28,000 nucleotides of DNA. It comes from a virus. Lineage: Duplodnaviria; Caudoviricetes. Under the pieces are notes generated by a model that worked only from the letters and a program-made list of their open reading frames with translations, had not been told where the DNA came from and ran no database searches. Positions 8,517 to 17,978 of the stretch are shown here, piece after piece; the stretch's first letter is position 1; each line of letters opens with the position of its first letter. The stretch covers positions 1 to 28,000 of IMG/VR virus record IMGVR_UViG_3300023246_000243, one strand, 5' to 3'. The position numbers and the translations under genes are program-made.

Positions 8517-9358
8517 ATTTCAACCTTCTTATATTTCTTATATACGCTTTGGATATAATCCGGGAATGAGGTTACAATTACGGCCTGGTCAATTCCTTCT
8601 GCCGTTGTATAGGTAACAGTTTTCAAATTAGCCATAATAGACGCTATCTCAATGGCAAGTTGTCTAATGAAGTTAGGCACAACCGGATTCCCGGCCGAGT
8701 AACTTAACACTAAACCATGCGGCTCACAAAGCCAATCCATCGCACCCTTAATATAAGTCTTATAAACATAAAAATTTGTGTCTTTAACTTGTGTTGTGCC
8801 GTTATAAATCAAAGAAAATACCTGATCTATTGGATAATACTTAGGGAAAATTAAAGTGTCCTCAATAGTATTGGTTTCATTATCATGCGTTTCAAGGAAT
8901 CCCCTCATATTCCAAACCCGTTTAGTTTCAACATCAATTAGCATTGAAGCCTTTGGGATTATCTGAATTATCTTTTGGTTATAGTTGGCGTTGTATCTAT
9001 CAAGTAGACAAAACCTTTTAATATCGGTAAAAGTGCAATAATTATCATTTGCAATTATCTCAAAAGCGTTAGCCAAAGAATAAGTCCCCCCGGCAGAATC
9101 TACAACAACTAAATTATACGTTCCCCTCATCGCACCATACACATCAAAATCACAAGTGATTTGAATTGTTGATTCTAATTTAAAATTAGTGGCTTGAATA
9201 TCAGGTGTGGGCGGAGCCGGAGCCGGCGGCGGTGCTCCACTATATTCTAAATAAGCACTCACCAATATGGTTGTAAAATCTATACCGGATATTTCTACCT
9301 CAACCAATCCAACATCGGCTTCACTATTTGGGGTTATTCCCGTTATTGTTATCGCCAA
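8510..9358 (-). CDS. Head-tail adaptor with an N-terminal IPT/TIG (Ig-like) domain
   Basis: N-terminal ITGITPNS...VEISG.DF...GTYNLVVV...LANAFEI fits IPT/TIG. C-terminal YCTFTDIK...ASMLID...YSAG...VPNFIRQLAIEIA fits gp6/gp15-type adaptors. Confidence 0.7.
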   Translation of the reverse strand: MAITITGITPNSEADVGLVEVEISGIDFTTILVSAYLEYSGAPPPAPAPPTPDIQATNFKLESTIQITCDFDVYGAMRGTYNLVVVDSAGGTYSLANAFEIIANDNYCTFTDIKRFCLLDRYNANYNQKIIQIIPKASMLIDVETKRVWNMRGFLETHDNETNTIEDTLIFPKYYPIDQVFSLIYNGTTQVKDTNFYVYKTYIKGAMDWLCEPHGLVLSYSAGNPVVPNFIRQLAIEIASIMANLKTVTYTTAEGIDQAVIVTSFPDYIQSVYKKYKKVEIW

Positions 9359-9593
9359 TTATAGGCACTCCTTTTTCAACAATCATTCCGCGTGGCATAT
9401 CTATTTCCCATTTTTCGCTAGGAATTTCTTTGTTAACTCTTAAAATATTGCTAACAAAGTTGGTCATATAAAAATTAAAGACATCCATTTCCATTCTTAA
9501 ATCACCAAGCCGTTTCGTTATACTTATAAGCACTTGGTGTTCTTTCGAGTCAAGTTTGATTTCCTTCTTCTTCAATATGTCCTTCTTATCCAT
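9324..9593 (-). CDS. Hypothetical protein
   Basis: AGGAG RBS, within the late operon. Confidence 0.55.
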   Translation of the reverse strand: MDKKDILKKKEIKLDSKEHQVLISITKRLGDLRMEMDVFNFYMTNFVSNILRVNKEIPSEKWEIDMPRGMIVEKGVPIIGDNNNGNNPK

Positions 9594-9604
9594 TCATATC
9601 TCCT

Positions 9605-10471
9605 TTATCCTTGTATTTGGACCGGTCTTAATTGGCTCGGGTGAACTTGCCAACATTTTACATAATCAAGATAAATTGTTTTTCTCATATCTGCTGTAGT
9701 TACTAATCTAAACATTGGCTCAAACAATGTTCCCGGCACATTGGCGGCCGGCACTTGTAAAACATGCTGATCATTATAAAAGATTTCTATTGTTGCCGTT
9801 CCCGGTGCTCCAAAATTAGTTCTGTTTGAAGCAATAGCAAACCTTTGATATTCAGTAATTGGCATTGGCTCAAAGCCTAAATCCCAAGTAGTAAATACTC
9901 CACCGTTCATGCTATCAACTCTGAAAGATCCAAGCCCGGCGGCGTTACCAAACCTTCTAATAAATAAATAGTTGTTTGCGTCAAACCAACAACCAAATTG
10001 AAGTGCTGAATCAGCATGCGTATTTCCAATATAAGCGAATTGAGCTTCAAGCCAAAAGTTATGATCACGAATTAAGAATGGATTTCCACCAGTAAATAAT
10101 TGGATCTCATCATTTTGAAATCCGCTAGTTGATAAGTCAAGAATACCACCAACACCGGGTATCAGTGTTGCCGTGCTTGCTCCAACTATGGCCGTGTCCC
10201 ATTCAGGTCTTAAAGTTTCACCGATAAAATCATCATGTAAAAATAAACTTCTGGTGTGTCTGTTGTTCATCCAATCAAGGAAAGCATGCGTCCAGCCAGT
10301 GGTTTTATATTCTGTAAACCGATATCTTGGCCCCATCCAATCTAATGGATTAGTTGTGTCCTCGATACGCGAACCGATTATATTGCTGGCCGTGTAACTA
10401 TAAGTTACCCCCTGATAATAGGGGTATTTTTGCGTAACTGTATCTAAATTATCACTATTTACTACGCCCAT
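9605..10471 (-). CDS. Putative virion protein with a lectin/ConA-like beta-sandwich
   Basis: AGGAG RBS. Pattern 'LHDDF.G...EW ... IEIFYND ... IYLDYVK' and location between capsid and neck genes. Confidence 0.45.
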   Translation of the reverse strand: MGVVNSDNLDTVTQKYPYYQGVTYSYTASNIIGSRIEDTTNPLDWMGPRYRFTEYKTTGWTHAFLDWMNNRHTRSLFLHDDFIGETLRPEWDTAIVGASTATLIPGVGGILDLSTSGFQNDEIQLFTGGNPFLIRDHNFWLEAQFAYIGNTHADSALQFGCWFDANNYLFIRRFGNAAGLGSFRVDSMNGGVFTTWDLGFEPMPITEYQRFAIASNRTNFGAPGTATIEIFYNDQHVLQVPAANVPGTLFEPMFRLVTTADMRKTIYLDYVKCWQVHPSQLRPVQIQG

Positions 10472-10481
10472 TGTTTTCTCC

Positions 10482-10922
10482 TTAAATCCAGTATGTAATT
10501 TCTGCTACTGTTACAACCGTCGTTGACCTAAAATAAATTGTTAAAGGAGCCGGTAAAGCCAAGGCCGCTTCTTCTAAAGATGATCCCATAAACAATGTTT
10601 CATATGCAACCATTGCGGCGTCATAACTAATATCAGTTGTGGAATTTATTGCTCTGGCCTTTATTCTAAATCGTTTGGCGGCCGTTGGTATTGAGAAATT
10701 ATAAATAGTTCCTATTACCGGCATATCAATATTAACTTGAACCGGTGCTACTACTGTAAGCCCGGGAATAATTATCGGGCCAAGGCCAGCGACTGTTACT
10801 TTCCATCTTATATCAGCCGGGTTAGTCCAATCAATTAAATCCTCGAGATGAAAAAAATCATCACCAACCATTATGAATTTATCGGTAGCAGGGTGCATGT
10901 ATCTTTGTTCTGGTTCTGCCAT
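10482..10922 (-). CDS. Putative virion/decoration protein
   Basis: GAGGT RBS, beta-rich, within the head module. Confidence 0.5.
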   Translation of the reverse strand: MAEPEQRYMHPATDKFIMVGDDFFHLEDLIDWTNPADIRWKVTVAGLGPIIIPGLTVVAPVQVNIDMPVIGTIYNFSIPTAAKRFRIKARAINSTTDISYDAAMVAYETLFMGSSLEEAALALPAPLTIYFRSTTVVTVAEITYWI

Positions 10923-11065
10923 TATTTACACCTCTTTTTGTTCTTAGTTTTCAACCGCTTGTTACCCTTACCATCTTTTTTTATATAGTCTGAAATATCT
11001 GGGAAAGGAAAAGCGTGTCGCCTCTCCTCTCCCTCAATATAACTATCCTTCTTCTTAGTAACCAT
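10922..11065 (-). CDS. Small basic hypothetical protein (47 aa)
   Basis: Not in the ORF track. MVTKKKDSYIEGEERRHAFPFPDISDYIKKDGKGNKRLKTKNKKRCK fills the gap, and its stop overlaps the next ATG (TAATG). Confidence 0.5.
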   Translation of the reverse strand: MVTKKKDSYIEGEERRHAFPFPDISDYIKKDGKGNKRLKTKNKKRCK

Positions 11066-11073
11066 CCTTATTC

Positions 11074-11676
11074 TTAGACGGAATCTTTCCAATATCCTGA
11101 TACTGTAAGTTTATTACTAATTCCATAAACAACTAATTCAATTGGACAATCTATTGCAGAATTAAAAAGATTTTCACCCCTGATCGATACCATAGGGGTT
11201 GCCAATGTTGGATGAGTATCATCAAGCGGAATAGCTAAATCATTTAACATTCGCCTAACTCTAGTTCCAGCAGGGTAACTAAAACTCAAATTCTGAGTTA
11301 AAGTTATCGTATGTCCAACAATCGCCGCAATATCGTTTGCTTCTTGAGCTATAACATTTCTATTAGAAGCGATATGTAGCTTTGAACCTACGCCAATTCC
11401 CCACAAAGAATCTACAACAATTTGATTCGTCCCGGCATTAGCTGGATTAGCAAGCCTTTTAATCCAAGCGGCACTATATTGCTCTTCCTTGCTAACCCTA
11501 TAAACATCAACACCGCCGGGAGCACCACCGCCACTAGCTCCACTAATCATCATAAGATTCGTAACAATAATTTCAGAATCCTTTTCTGCTGGAATAAAAA
11601 CATTAGCAGAAGTTGGTGCGGTTGATCCTGATACATCACATTCGGAAAAAGCCCTGAGATTGTGCATGTAAGACAT
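11074..11676 (-). CDS. Putative virion/decoration protein
   Basis: Strong AAGGAGG RBS, first gene after the capsid gene, Gly/Ser/Ala-rich. Confidence 0.55.
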   Translation of the reverse strand: MSYMHNLRAFSECDVSGSTAPTSANVFIPAEKDSEIIVTNLMMISGASGGGAPGGVDVYRVSKEEQYSAAWIKRLANPANAGTNQIVVDSLWGIGVGSKLHIASNRNVIAQEANDIAAIVGHTITLTQNLSFSYPAGTRVRRMLNDLAIPLDDTHPTLATPMVSIRGENLFNSAIDCPIELVVYGISNKLTVSGYWKDSV

Positions 11677-11706
11677 TTTATAAATCCTCCTTAACCTTTT
11701 TTTATT

Positions 11707-11802
11707 GAAGGTTTAGTTTAAGTCCAAACCCTCTAGGTATTGACTACCTATGATATTTCTATCAAAAGACTTTCCTAGAAATTGTTAGTTGATCAGACTA
11801 AC
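11707..11802 (-). other. Four abutting hairpins after the capsid gene
   Basis: Inverted repeats at 11784-11802, 11755-11782, 11734-11750 and 11707-11733. Confidence 0.55.
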
Positions 11803-11809
11803 TAATTAA

Positions 11810-13036
11810 CTAGGGATTAATTCCTGTTATAACGGAAATCTTTGGTCTTGCGGGAGCCGCAATAGCCAATCCCGTTCTCTTTACCGCCCTAAAACTTGAT
11901 CTATCGTAACTAAAATCTTCTCCGTCTAATCCGTTAGATATAATAATTCCACCTTTATTAGCAACAAAGGTTTTCTTAAACTCCCCAACAAACATTACAG
12001 ATTGATTTAGTCCAGCACCAAGATTCGTTGGAATATTACCATCTAAATAAACCGGGCGACCATAAATGGTTGCCGGTGTGCTTGTGGTAGGATTCCCCCA
12101 CAAATACTGGCCGTTCGCGTCTTTAAGAGTCATCAAAGTGCCAATATCTCTAGGATTAATTAAAAACGCTAAATCTTTTGCACCATTTTGTAATGCAAGT
12201 GTCATTGCGTCAATAATATCATCGAAGGTTAGAAGCACGCCAGACGGGACGATATTAACACCGGCTTGGTTAAGCAATCCAGTAATAGGATCACCAGCAC
12301 CACCAGTTCCAACTAACATTGCCCTATCTTCTTCGTTACCAATTACCTCTGCAAAATTCTTGATAAGAAATTGGCTTGCTGACGGATTACTATCTTCAAG
12401 TTCTTCATCTGTAACTTTAACCAATGAGCATAATTTATATGCAGTAAGCGTTAACTGACCCCACACTGGTGTGCTTTCAGTTTTCTTACCATTTTCATCG
12501 ATCCAATATGCAGACGAACCTGACAATAATACTGGCCAATTCTTAACAAATCCAGTCATCGGGACTGCTGTGCAAAGTCCTCGGATAACTTCATAAGTCA
12601 AAGATTCATCAATTATCTGTTGTGCAAACTCTGGCGGCACAAGAAATCCACCACCGGCATTTACACCCTCTACCATAATCTTTTCATCTTTAACAAATGA
12701 CATATCGTATTTCTTCAAAAGGTATTGATCTCTATATCTAATAGCTTTCAATACTTCTGCAAAATTACGATCGCCTTCACCCTTTTCTTTAATTATTCCG
12801 GGAAATTGCATCTTTTTTTCTTTAATCGTTTTCTCAAGCACTGTATCAATCATTTTCTTAACTTGATCTTCGGAAAAGGTTTTACCCTTATTCTCTAATT
12901 CCTTTTTCTCAAGTTCTTTCTTCTCCAATTCTTTTTGTTCAGCAGTTTTCGACTCATCCATTACTTCCTTAACTTGTCCTGCGATCATATCCTTTAATTC
13001 TTTTTCGTCAACTTCAACTTCAATATTTTTCGACAT
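11810..13036 (-). CDS. Major capsid protein, HK97 fold
   Basis: GGFLVPPEF, WIDENGKK, VTDEELEDS, LKDANGQYLW and IYGRPV motifs. N-terminal coiled-coil scaffold with a KELEK repeat. GAGGAGG RBS. Confidence 0.95.
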   Translation of the reverse strand: MSKNIEVEVDEKELKDMIAGQVKEVMDESKTAEQKELEKKELEKKELENKGKTFSEDQVKKMIDTVLEKTIKEKKMQFPGIIKEKGEGDRNFAEVLKAIRYRDQYLLKKYDMSFVKDEKIMVEGVNAGGGFLVPPEFAQQIIDESLTYEVIRGLCTAVPMTGFVKNWPVLLSGSSAYWIDENGKKTESTPVWGQLTLTAYKLCSLVKVTDEELEDSNPSASQFLIKNFAEVIGNEEDRAMLVGTGGAGDPITGLLNQAGVNIVPSGVLLTFDDIIDAMTLALQNGAKDLAFLINPRDIGTLMTLKDANGQYLWGNPTTSTPATIYGRPVYLDGNIPTNLGAGLNQSVMFVGEFKKTFVANKGGIIISNGLDGEDFSYDRSSFRAVKRTGLAIAAPARPKISVITGINP

Positions 13037-14184
13037 TGTTTGTCCTCCTCTTTTTCTTTAGATAATGCACTTAAAACTTGAGTTAGCATTTCTTGAGCAT
13101 TTCTTATTTTCCCCTCATTTGATTTTGAGAGGACACGCCCGGCTTTCTCACCTTCGGCTAAACCCGTTTGATGATCGCCAGATTCGTTGTTCTTGCTCAT
13201 TAATACGTCCTCATTATACGGCGATTGAATACCCTTTGGCCCATTCTTTGTGGTTAAAGCGTCCTCATCCGCACCAATTCCAACTAATGAAATCTCGACA
13301 ATATCAGCTAATGTTAATTGTTTAGGGTTATCAGGGTTTTCATGTAACCACTTTCCACCTATGCTTAAAGCCCGGCCGTGGCCTTCATTATAAACAGTCC
13401 TAGCATGCCTTACTTTTTCTTGATCACTCTCACTAAATATTGCTTTAAATTTTAATCCTATATTATCCTCAAAAATATAGCCGCCATACTTAGGGTTAAA
13501 CGACCCGGCTATGCTTCCAGTGCTATTATCATGGTCTAATAATAAGACTGGATGTTTAAGAAAACTTTTTAACTCATAAACATAACCCCTCTTTGCCGGA
13601 TATACAGTAGGGATATCACCATAACGATCTTCTTTGTTTTTCGTATTGGCATAACCCTCAATAAATATGCGGCCGTCATCCATCTTTCCTGATTTAAAAC
13701 TGGATATGGCAAACTGTTTATTTTGCTTCTCCGGAGCACCTCTGCCGGGCCCGGGCCTTTCCGCCCTTCTCATCTCACCGCCACATTCAGAGCATAATAT
13801 ATCCTTACAATGTTTATCACTCTCCATTTTATGGCCGCACTTGATACACTCACAACTAAACTTTTTAATATTCTCTGTTTCCATGTTATCTTCTCCTTCT
13901 ATTGCTTCTTCTATTTGTTCTTCCTCATCATCACCAGTAGCCGGCTCAAACTTAATATAAGTTATGTCATTATCTTTAAGCCATGCATTAGCCTCCGCCT
14001 CGGTGAACTTATCAATGCTAAAATGATAACTCTCGATAATCATAGGATCATCCTCACCGGTTTCACCCTTCAATTTGCCTATAATTACTCGTATGCCTTT
14101 TTCAACGTCCTTGCTTCTAAACGACGTTTGACTAAAATCTTTTGGATCACGAACTCTTGCAATATGTTCATTAGGTAATGACAT
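12994..14184 (-). CDS. HK97-type prohead protease with N-terminal extension and Zn-ribbon
   Basis: IEGYAN...DRYGD, PVLLLDH, ALSIGG and EISLVGIGAD motifs. Lies between portal and capsid. Confidence 0.9.
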   Translation of the reverse strand: MSLPNEHIARVRDPKDFSQTSFRSKDVEKGIRVIIGKLKGETGEDDPMIIESYHFSIDKFTEAEANAWLKDNDITYIKFEPATGDDEEEQIEEAIEGEDNMETENIKKFSCECIKCGHKMESDKHCKDILCSECGGEMRRAERPGPGRGAPEKQNKQFAISSFKSGKMDDGRIFIEGYANTKNKEDRYGDIPTVYPAKRGYVYELKSFLKHPVLLLDHDNSTGSIAGSFNPKYGGYIFEDNIGLKFKAIFSESDQEKVRHARTVYNEGHGRALSIGGKWLHENPDNPKQLTLADIVEISLVGIGADEDALTTKNGPKGIQSPYNEDVLMSKNNESGDHQTGLAEGEKAGRVLSKSNEGKIRNAQEMLTQVLSALSKEKEEDKQCRKILKLKLTKKN

Positions 14185-14193
14185 TCTACTCTC

Positions 14194-16191
14194 CTATTCC
14201 CCCACCCCAAACGACGGCACGAATGTCCCGGTGTGGTTAGGGTGAAAATCTAAATCATACGAGGCTTCAACAGGCACATGCACTTTCCCACAATCATAAT
14301 CAGGCTCAATCATTGTGCAACCTATTACATCTAAAAACTTAACCCCGGCTTCATCATATCCATATATAGCACCACTGTCATAAGAGTAAGCACTTTCAGT
14401 CCGGGCAATTCTTACCGCTTCCCAGCCTTGCTTCCTAGTCATAACCGTTGATACTCTAGCTTTTAATTGAGGGATTGATTCACCTTCTAATAATCCAGCA
14501 TTTAAAGTGCTATCTAATTGCTGTAAGGTAGTGTTTTCAATTCCTTTGATTCTCTTACCTAATTTGCCTATCCTCTTTTTAAATTTAGGATTCTTTAATG
14601 GATCAGTTGGCGGCTCGGAGTTCATGGCCCCGGACACATTATCAACTGCACCCAATGATAGGTTAACAGATATTTGCTCCATTGATTCCTTATATCGATT
14701 ATATGAACCAGAGTTCTCAAACCTACCAACAAAATCAGTTGCCTTGCCATCGGTTATGATCAATCCTTTTTCGGTATCTAACTCATCAATCATATCCATA
14801 ACTTCATTAGTAAGTTCTTTCATGTATTTCTTGGTGGCCTTTTTATATTTAACCCCTATTTTACGCTTAGTTAAATTAGCCAACCTTAATAATAATTGCT
14901 GTATGTTAACTGCTTTGGATTGATTAACATCTGTTAATTTATGATTATGTCCGCATATTTGTTTTTCAGGTGTGGTTTCAAGTTCCTCATTAAAGGCTTC
15001 TGCCACTTCTCCTGTAATTGGAATTAAGGACATCGGCAGATAATAAGTGTTCATGGCCGGCTCATTCGTTACCTCTGGCAGATCTAAATAAAGCTCGCGT
15101 GCTTCATTAGGCGTCAATAATCCCTTGTCCAGCCCTGTTGTCGCTAATTCCATAAATTCTTTTTCATCTCGGTTAACTACTTCCTCAAATTCATAAGTCC
15201 AGCTAGGGTTAAACAAACTAACGATTTCAGCCGTTATAATGAGCTCTAGCCGTGTTAAAAGAGGTTTTAGGGTGTCCTTACGGTAAGAGTTCTCTTGCTC
15301 TTTTGTGTTAGCATAACTAGCATATTCAAGGATTCCAGCCTTTGCCGGCGGCACACCAAACATTGATAGGATTTCTTCTCTCGTAAACTTTCGTTGCTCC
15401 ATAAAGGCCATGTCTTGCTGACTTAAACCCATTTGTTTATATTGAGTGCCTTGCTCAAGCAATAAAGGCTTTTGCATTTTCTTATAACCTGTATGCCGGG
15501 ATTGAAATTGTTTTACCAATCGTTTATAGGTATCATTATCTAAAACACCCTCATTGCTTAATATAGCGGCCGGACTTGCTCCTTGTTTAAAGAAATTCCA
15601 ATTATAACCAGAAGCGGCGATCTCGGTATCATAAACAATCTTGCACGCTTCAATCTTACCCATACCATAAAAAGGATTTCTAGGGTTAGGTAATTTAATA
15701 TGGATAATATCCTCTTTCTTAAAAGATATTTTCCTACCATCTAAATTGTATTGATAACCAGCAATAAAATCAGTCCTTGACGGCACGACTTCCATTCTGT
15801 CTGGTCTTAAAAGATACAATTCAGTTGGTAGATTTTTCATGTTAATTGAATCTTTTAAAATATAAGCGTTACCAGTTAAATCTAAAAACCAATTCAAGGA
15901 CTCTTTAAACTCGAACCAGTTCATCAATTTATTAGGCTTTGTGAAAAGTTTGTTAAGCCCTTCACTCTTTACTTCTTCACCCTTCTGGTCATAGACAAAT
16001 CCTTTAACAGTAGCAATGCTTTCACCCCGGATTGATACACATTTATAAACCCATGATATTGTTTGGGCCGCGGATAGATAACTGTTGTAATCATTGAAAT
16101 TGCTTTTAGGATATACATCAGCCATAGAAAGCGGGATCATAAAACTTTTCGCCTTTGAAAACATCTTTTTAAAAGTGTCTACCATTCCCAT
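14194..16191 (-). CDS. HK97-type portal protein fused to a MuF/SPP1 gp7-like head morphogenesis domain
   Basis: Portal motifs WVYKCV, KPN, LDLTGNAY, IIHIK, FGVPP and LLTPNEAR. C-terminal GESIPQL...RIARTES...HPN is the MuF signature. Confidence 0.9.
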   Translation of the reverse strand: MGMVDTFKKMFSKAKSFMIPLSMADVYPKSNFNDYNSYLSAAQTISWVYKCVSIRGESIATVKGFVYDQKGEEVKSEGLNKLFTKPNKLMNWFEFKESLNWFLDLTGNAYILKDSINMKNLPTELYLLRPDRMEVVPSRTDFIAGYQYNLDGRKISFKKEDIIHIKLPNPRNPFYGMGKIEACKIVYDTEIAASGYNWNFFKQGASPAAILSNEGVLDNDTYKRLVKQFQSRHTGYKKMQKPLLLEQGTQYKQMGLSQQDMAFMEQRKFTREEILSMFGVPPAKAGILEYASYANTKEQENSYRKDTLKPLLTRLELIITAEIVSLFNPSWTYEFEEVVNRDEKEFMELATTGLDKGLLTPNEARELYLDLPEVTNEPAMNTYYLPMSLIPITGEVAEAFNEELETTPEKQICGHNHKLTDVNQSKAVNIQQLLLRLANLTKRKIGVKYKKATKKYMKELTNEVMDMIDELDTEKGLIITDGKATDFVGRFENSGSYNRYKESMEQISVNLSLGAVDNVSGAMNSEPPTDPLKNPKFKKRIGKLGKRIKGIENTTLQQLDSTLNAGLLEGESIPQLKARVSTVMTRKQGWEAVRIARTESAYSYDSGAIYGYDEAGVKFLDVIGCTMIEPDYDCGKVHVPVEASYDLDFHPNHTGTFVPSFGVGE

Positions 16192-16194
16192 ATT

Positions 16195-17475
16195 TTAATC
16201 TCCTAAATATCTGGCTTGAATTGTTTTAACATTGCTGTTATTGGTTATCGCCAGTGCTAAAGCCCATACATAATCGTCATGTTGTCCTGTCTGATGAGTG
16301 TATCGAGCATTATTGCTCTTTGTTATCAATCTTTGCAAACCGTGTAATTGATTCGTTAAGATCATGTTATAAGGAATCTCAATCTGTTTATCCTCAAATA
16401 CAACCTTTAAATCAATGGCCATCTTCTCTTTAATTGCGTTGGTGAATGATACTCCCTCAACCCGGCTGTGATGGGCGTTATGTAAATCCTCATAGAGTTT
16501 TTCGCCCACGCCCGTTCTGTCCATTCTTAGTTTGGTTATTCTAGCAATCTTAAAAGCCTTCTCAATATGCTGTAGTTGAACTTGATAATTAATCTTCTTC
16601 CATTCCTTGATATGCCGAGTTATCCACTTATCCCCATCCTTTTCCACAACATAAAACACACCGCTATCAACCAGTTTACCCGGGTCATATCCAGCATACA
16701 GAGGGTTTTTAATGGCCGATAACTGCTCAAGACTTAGGTTTGTTAATTCTTCATTCCAGCAAGCCTTAATAAGTTCATAAGGAAAGAAGGCTGAAATATC
16801 ATCAACGAATTGGCAACAATGCTCTTGCTGAAAAGAATCCTCATCAATTGAGTTGCGGCAGAAGTCTAAATCAAGCGGACAACCTTGTGCTATTGCGTCA
16901 TAAATATCAACTTTGATTTTGTCATAATCATTATTGCCATCCCATAGTTTAAAAAATTCGCCAGCCTTACCAAACGGAGTAGATCCAATAAGTAGTTTCC
17001 TTTGCTTATCCCTTCTTGAGAGTGCCGGGACTAATGCAGTTAACATCTTCTTATCTTTTTTATAATGGCTAAACTCATCAAGATAAATCTCATCTGGTGA
17101 ATAACTTCTAGCAGAATCAGGGTTTTGTGGTAAGGCCAAGAAGCGTGAGCCGTTAGGTAATTTAATTTCAGAAAACTTATCAACCACCGGGGTTATATTG
17201 TTTATCAATAAAAATATTCTTATCTTGTCCAGCCATTCCCCGGCCAGCCGTTGTGCTACTGAAATATATAAGGCGGTAAACCCGGGGCCGTTAAGCCCCC
17301 TTAAGTAAGCCCTTAAAGCTAATGAAAAAGAAAAGCCAATCTGTCTTGATTTATTATATATCTGTTTAGGCGAATCATTTAAAACTATCTGCTTCTGATA
17401 GTTATATAATGATACTGGATTATCTATATCCTTAATTGTCTGCGTTTGCGTTTTGTTTTGGCAAAGTAATTCCAA
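16195..17475 (-). CDS. terL: Terminase large subunit
   Basis: NKSRQIGFS (Walker A), IYLDEF (Walker B), STPFG coupling motif, and nuclease motifs GYDPG, DRTGVG and HDDYVWALALA. Confidence 0.93.
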   Translation of the reverse strand: MELLCQNKTQTQTIKDIDNPVSLYNYQKQIVLNDSPKQIYNKSRQIGFSFSLALRAYLRGLNGPGFTALYISVAQRLAGEWLDKIRIFLLINNITPVVDKFSEIKLPNGSRFLALPQNPDSARSYSPDEIYLDEFSHYKKDKKMLTALVPALSRRDKQRKLLIGSTPFGKAGEFFKLWDGNNDYDKIKVDIYDAIAQGCPLDLDFCRNSIDEDSFQQEHCCQFVDDISAFFPYELIKACWNEELTNLSLEQLSAIKNPLYAGYDPGKLVDSGVFYVVEKDGDKWITRHIKEWKKINYQVQLQHIEKAFKIARITKLRMDRTGVGEKLYEDLHNAHHSRVEGVSFTNAIKEKMAIDLKVVFEDKQIEIPYNMILTNQLHGLQRLITKSNNARYTHQTGQHDDYVWALALAITNNSNVKTIQARYLGD

Positions 17476-17899
17476 AAAATTCTCCCCATTTTAATACAAG
17501 ATCATCATATGATACTTTAAAACTAATCGGCTCTTTATGAATAAAGCCTAATTCCTGTAGCTTCTCAACCAGTTCTTTTTGCACCCGCCACACTTGAGCC
17601 CATTGTCCATTCTTTGCTAACCTAACCTTGGCAATATCGGCCACCCTCATGGTTTCAACCGCTACACTTTTAATATCTACATCATCAATTAAACAAGCCT
17701 GTTCATTCTTAAAGTCTTTTTTTAATTGTTTAATTCGTGATTGTGAATAACCAACAATGTGAGCAATTTCATAACTAAATAAATTACCCATCTCTAAAAG
17801 ATGGAAAACTAAAACCTTCTTATCATCTTGGGATAGGTCATTAGTGGTAATAACCTTGCTTTTTAAGTTCTTTAAAATGATCGCCGCATTTTCGGACAT
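17432..17899 (-). CDS. Putative terminase small subunit
   Basis: N-terminal HTH (SYEIAHIVGYSQSRIKQ), directly upstream of and overlapping terL. Confidence 0.65.
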   Translation of the reverse strand: MSENAAIILKNLKSKVITTNDLSQDDKKVLVFHLLEMGNLFSYEIAHIVGYSQSRIKQLKKDFKNEQACLIDDVDIKSVAVETMRVADIAKVRLAKNGQWAQVWRVQKELVEKLQELGFIHKEPISFKVSYDDLVLKWGEFFGITLPKQNANADN

Positions 17900-17927
17900 T
17901 AGGTTTGCCCCTTTTATACATAGAATT

Positions 17928-17933
17928 ATTATA
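17928..17933 (-). promoter_or_regulatory. -10 box of the putative late promoter
   Basis: Perfect TATAAT in the gap before the small terminase gene. No consensus -35 at 17-bp spacing. Confidence 0.45.
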
Positions 17934-17978
17934 CTGAAACACTCTCAATATACGGCTATTGAAGGGTGTTTGGCCCAC

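Noticed and set aside
12890-12937. Threefold KELEK repeat in the capsid N-terminus
   Set aside because: Ordinary coiled-coil scaffold low complexity.
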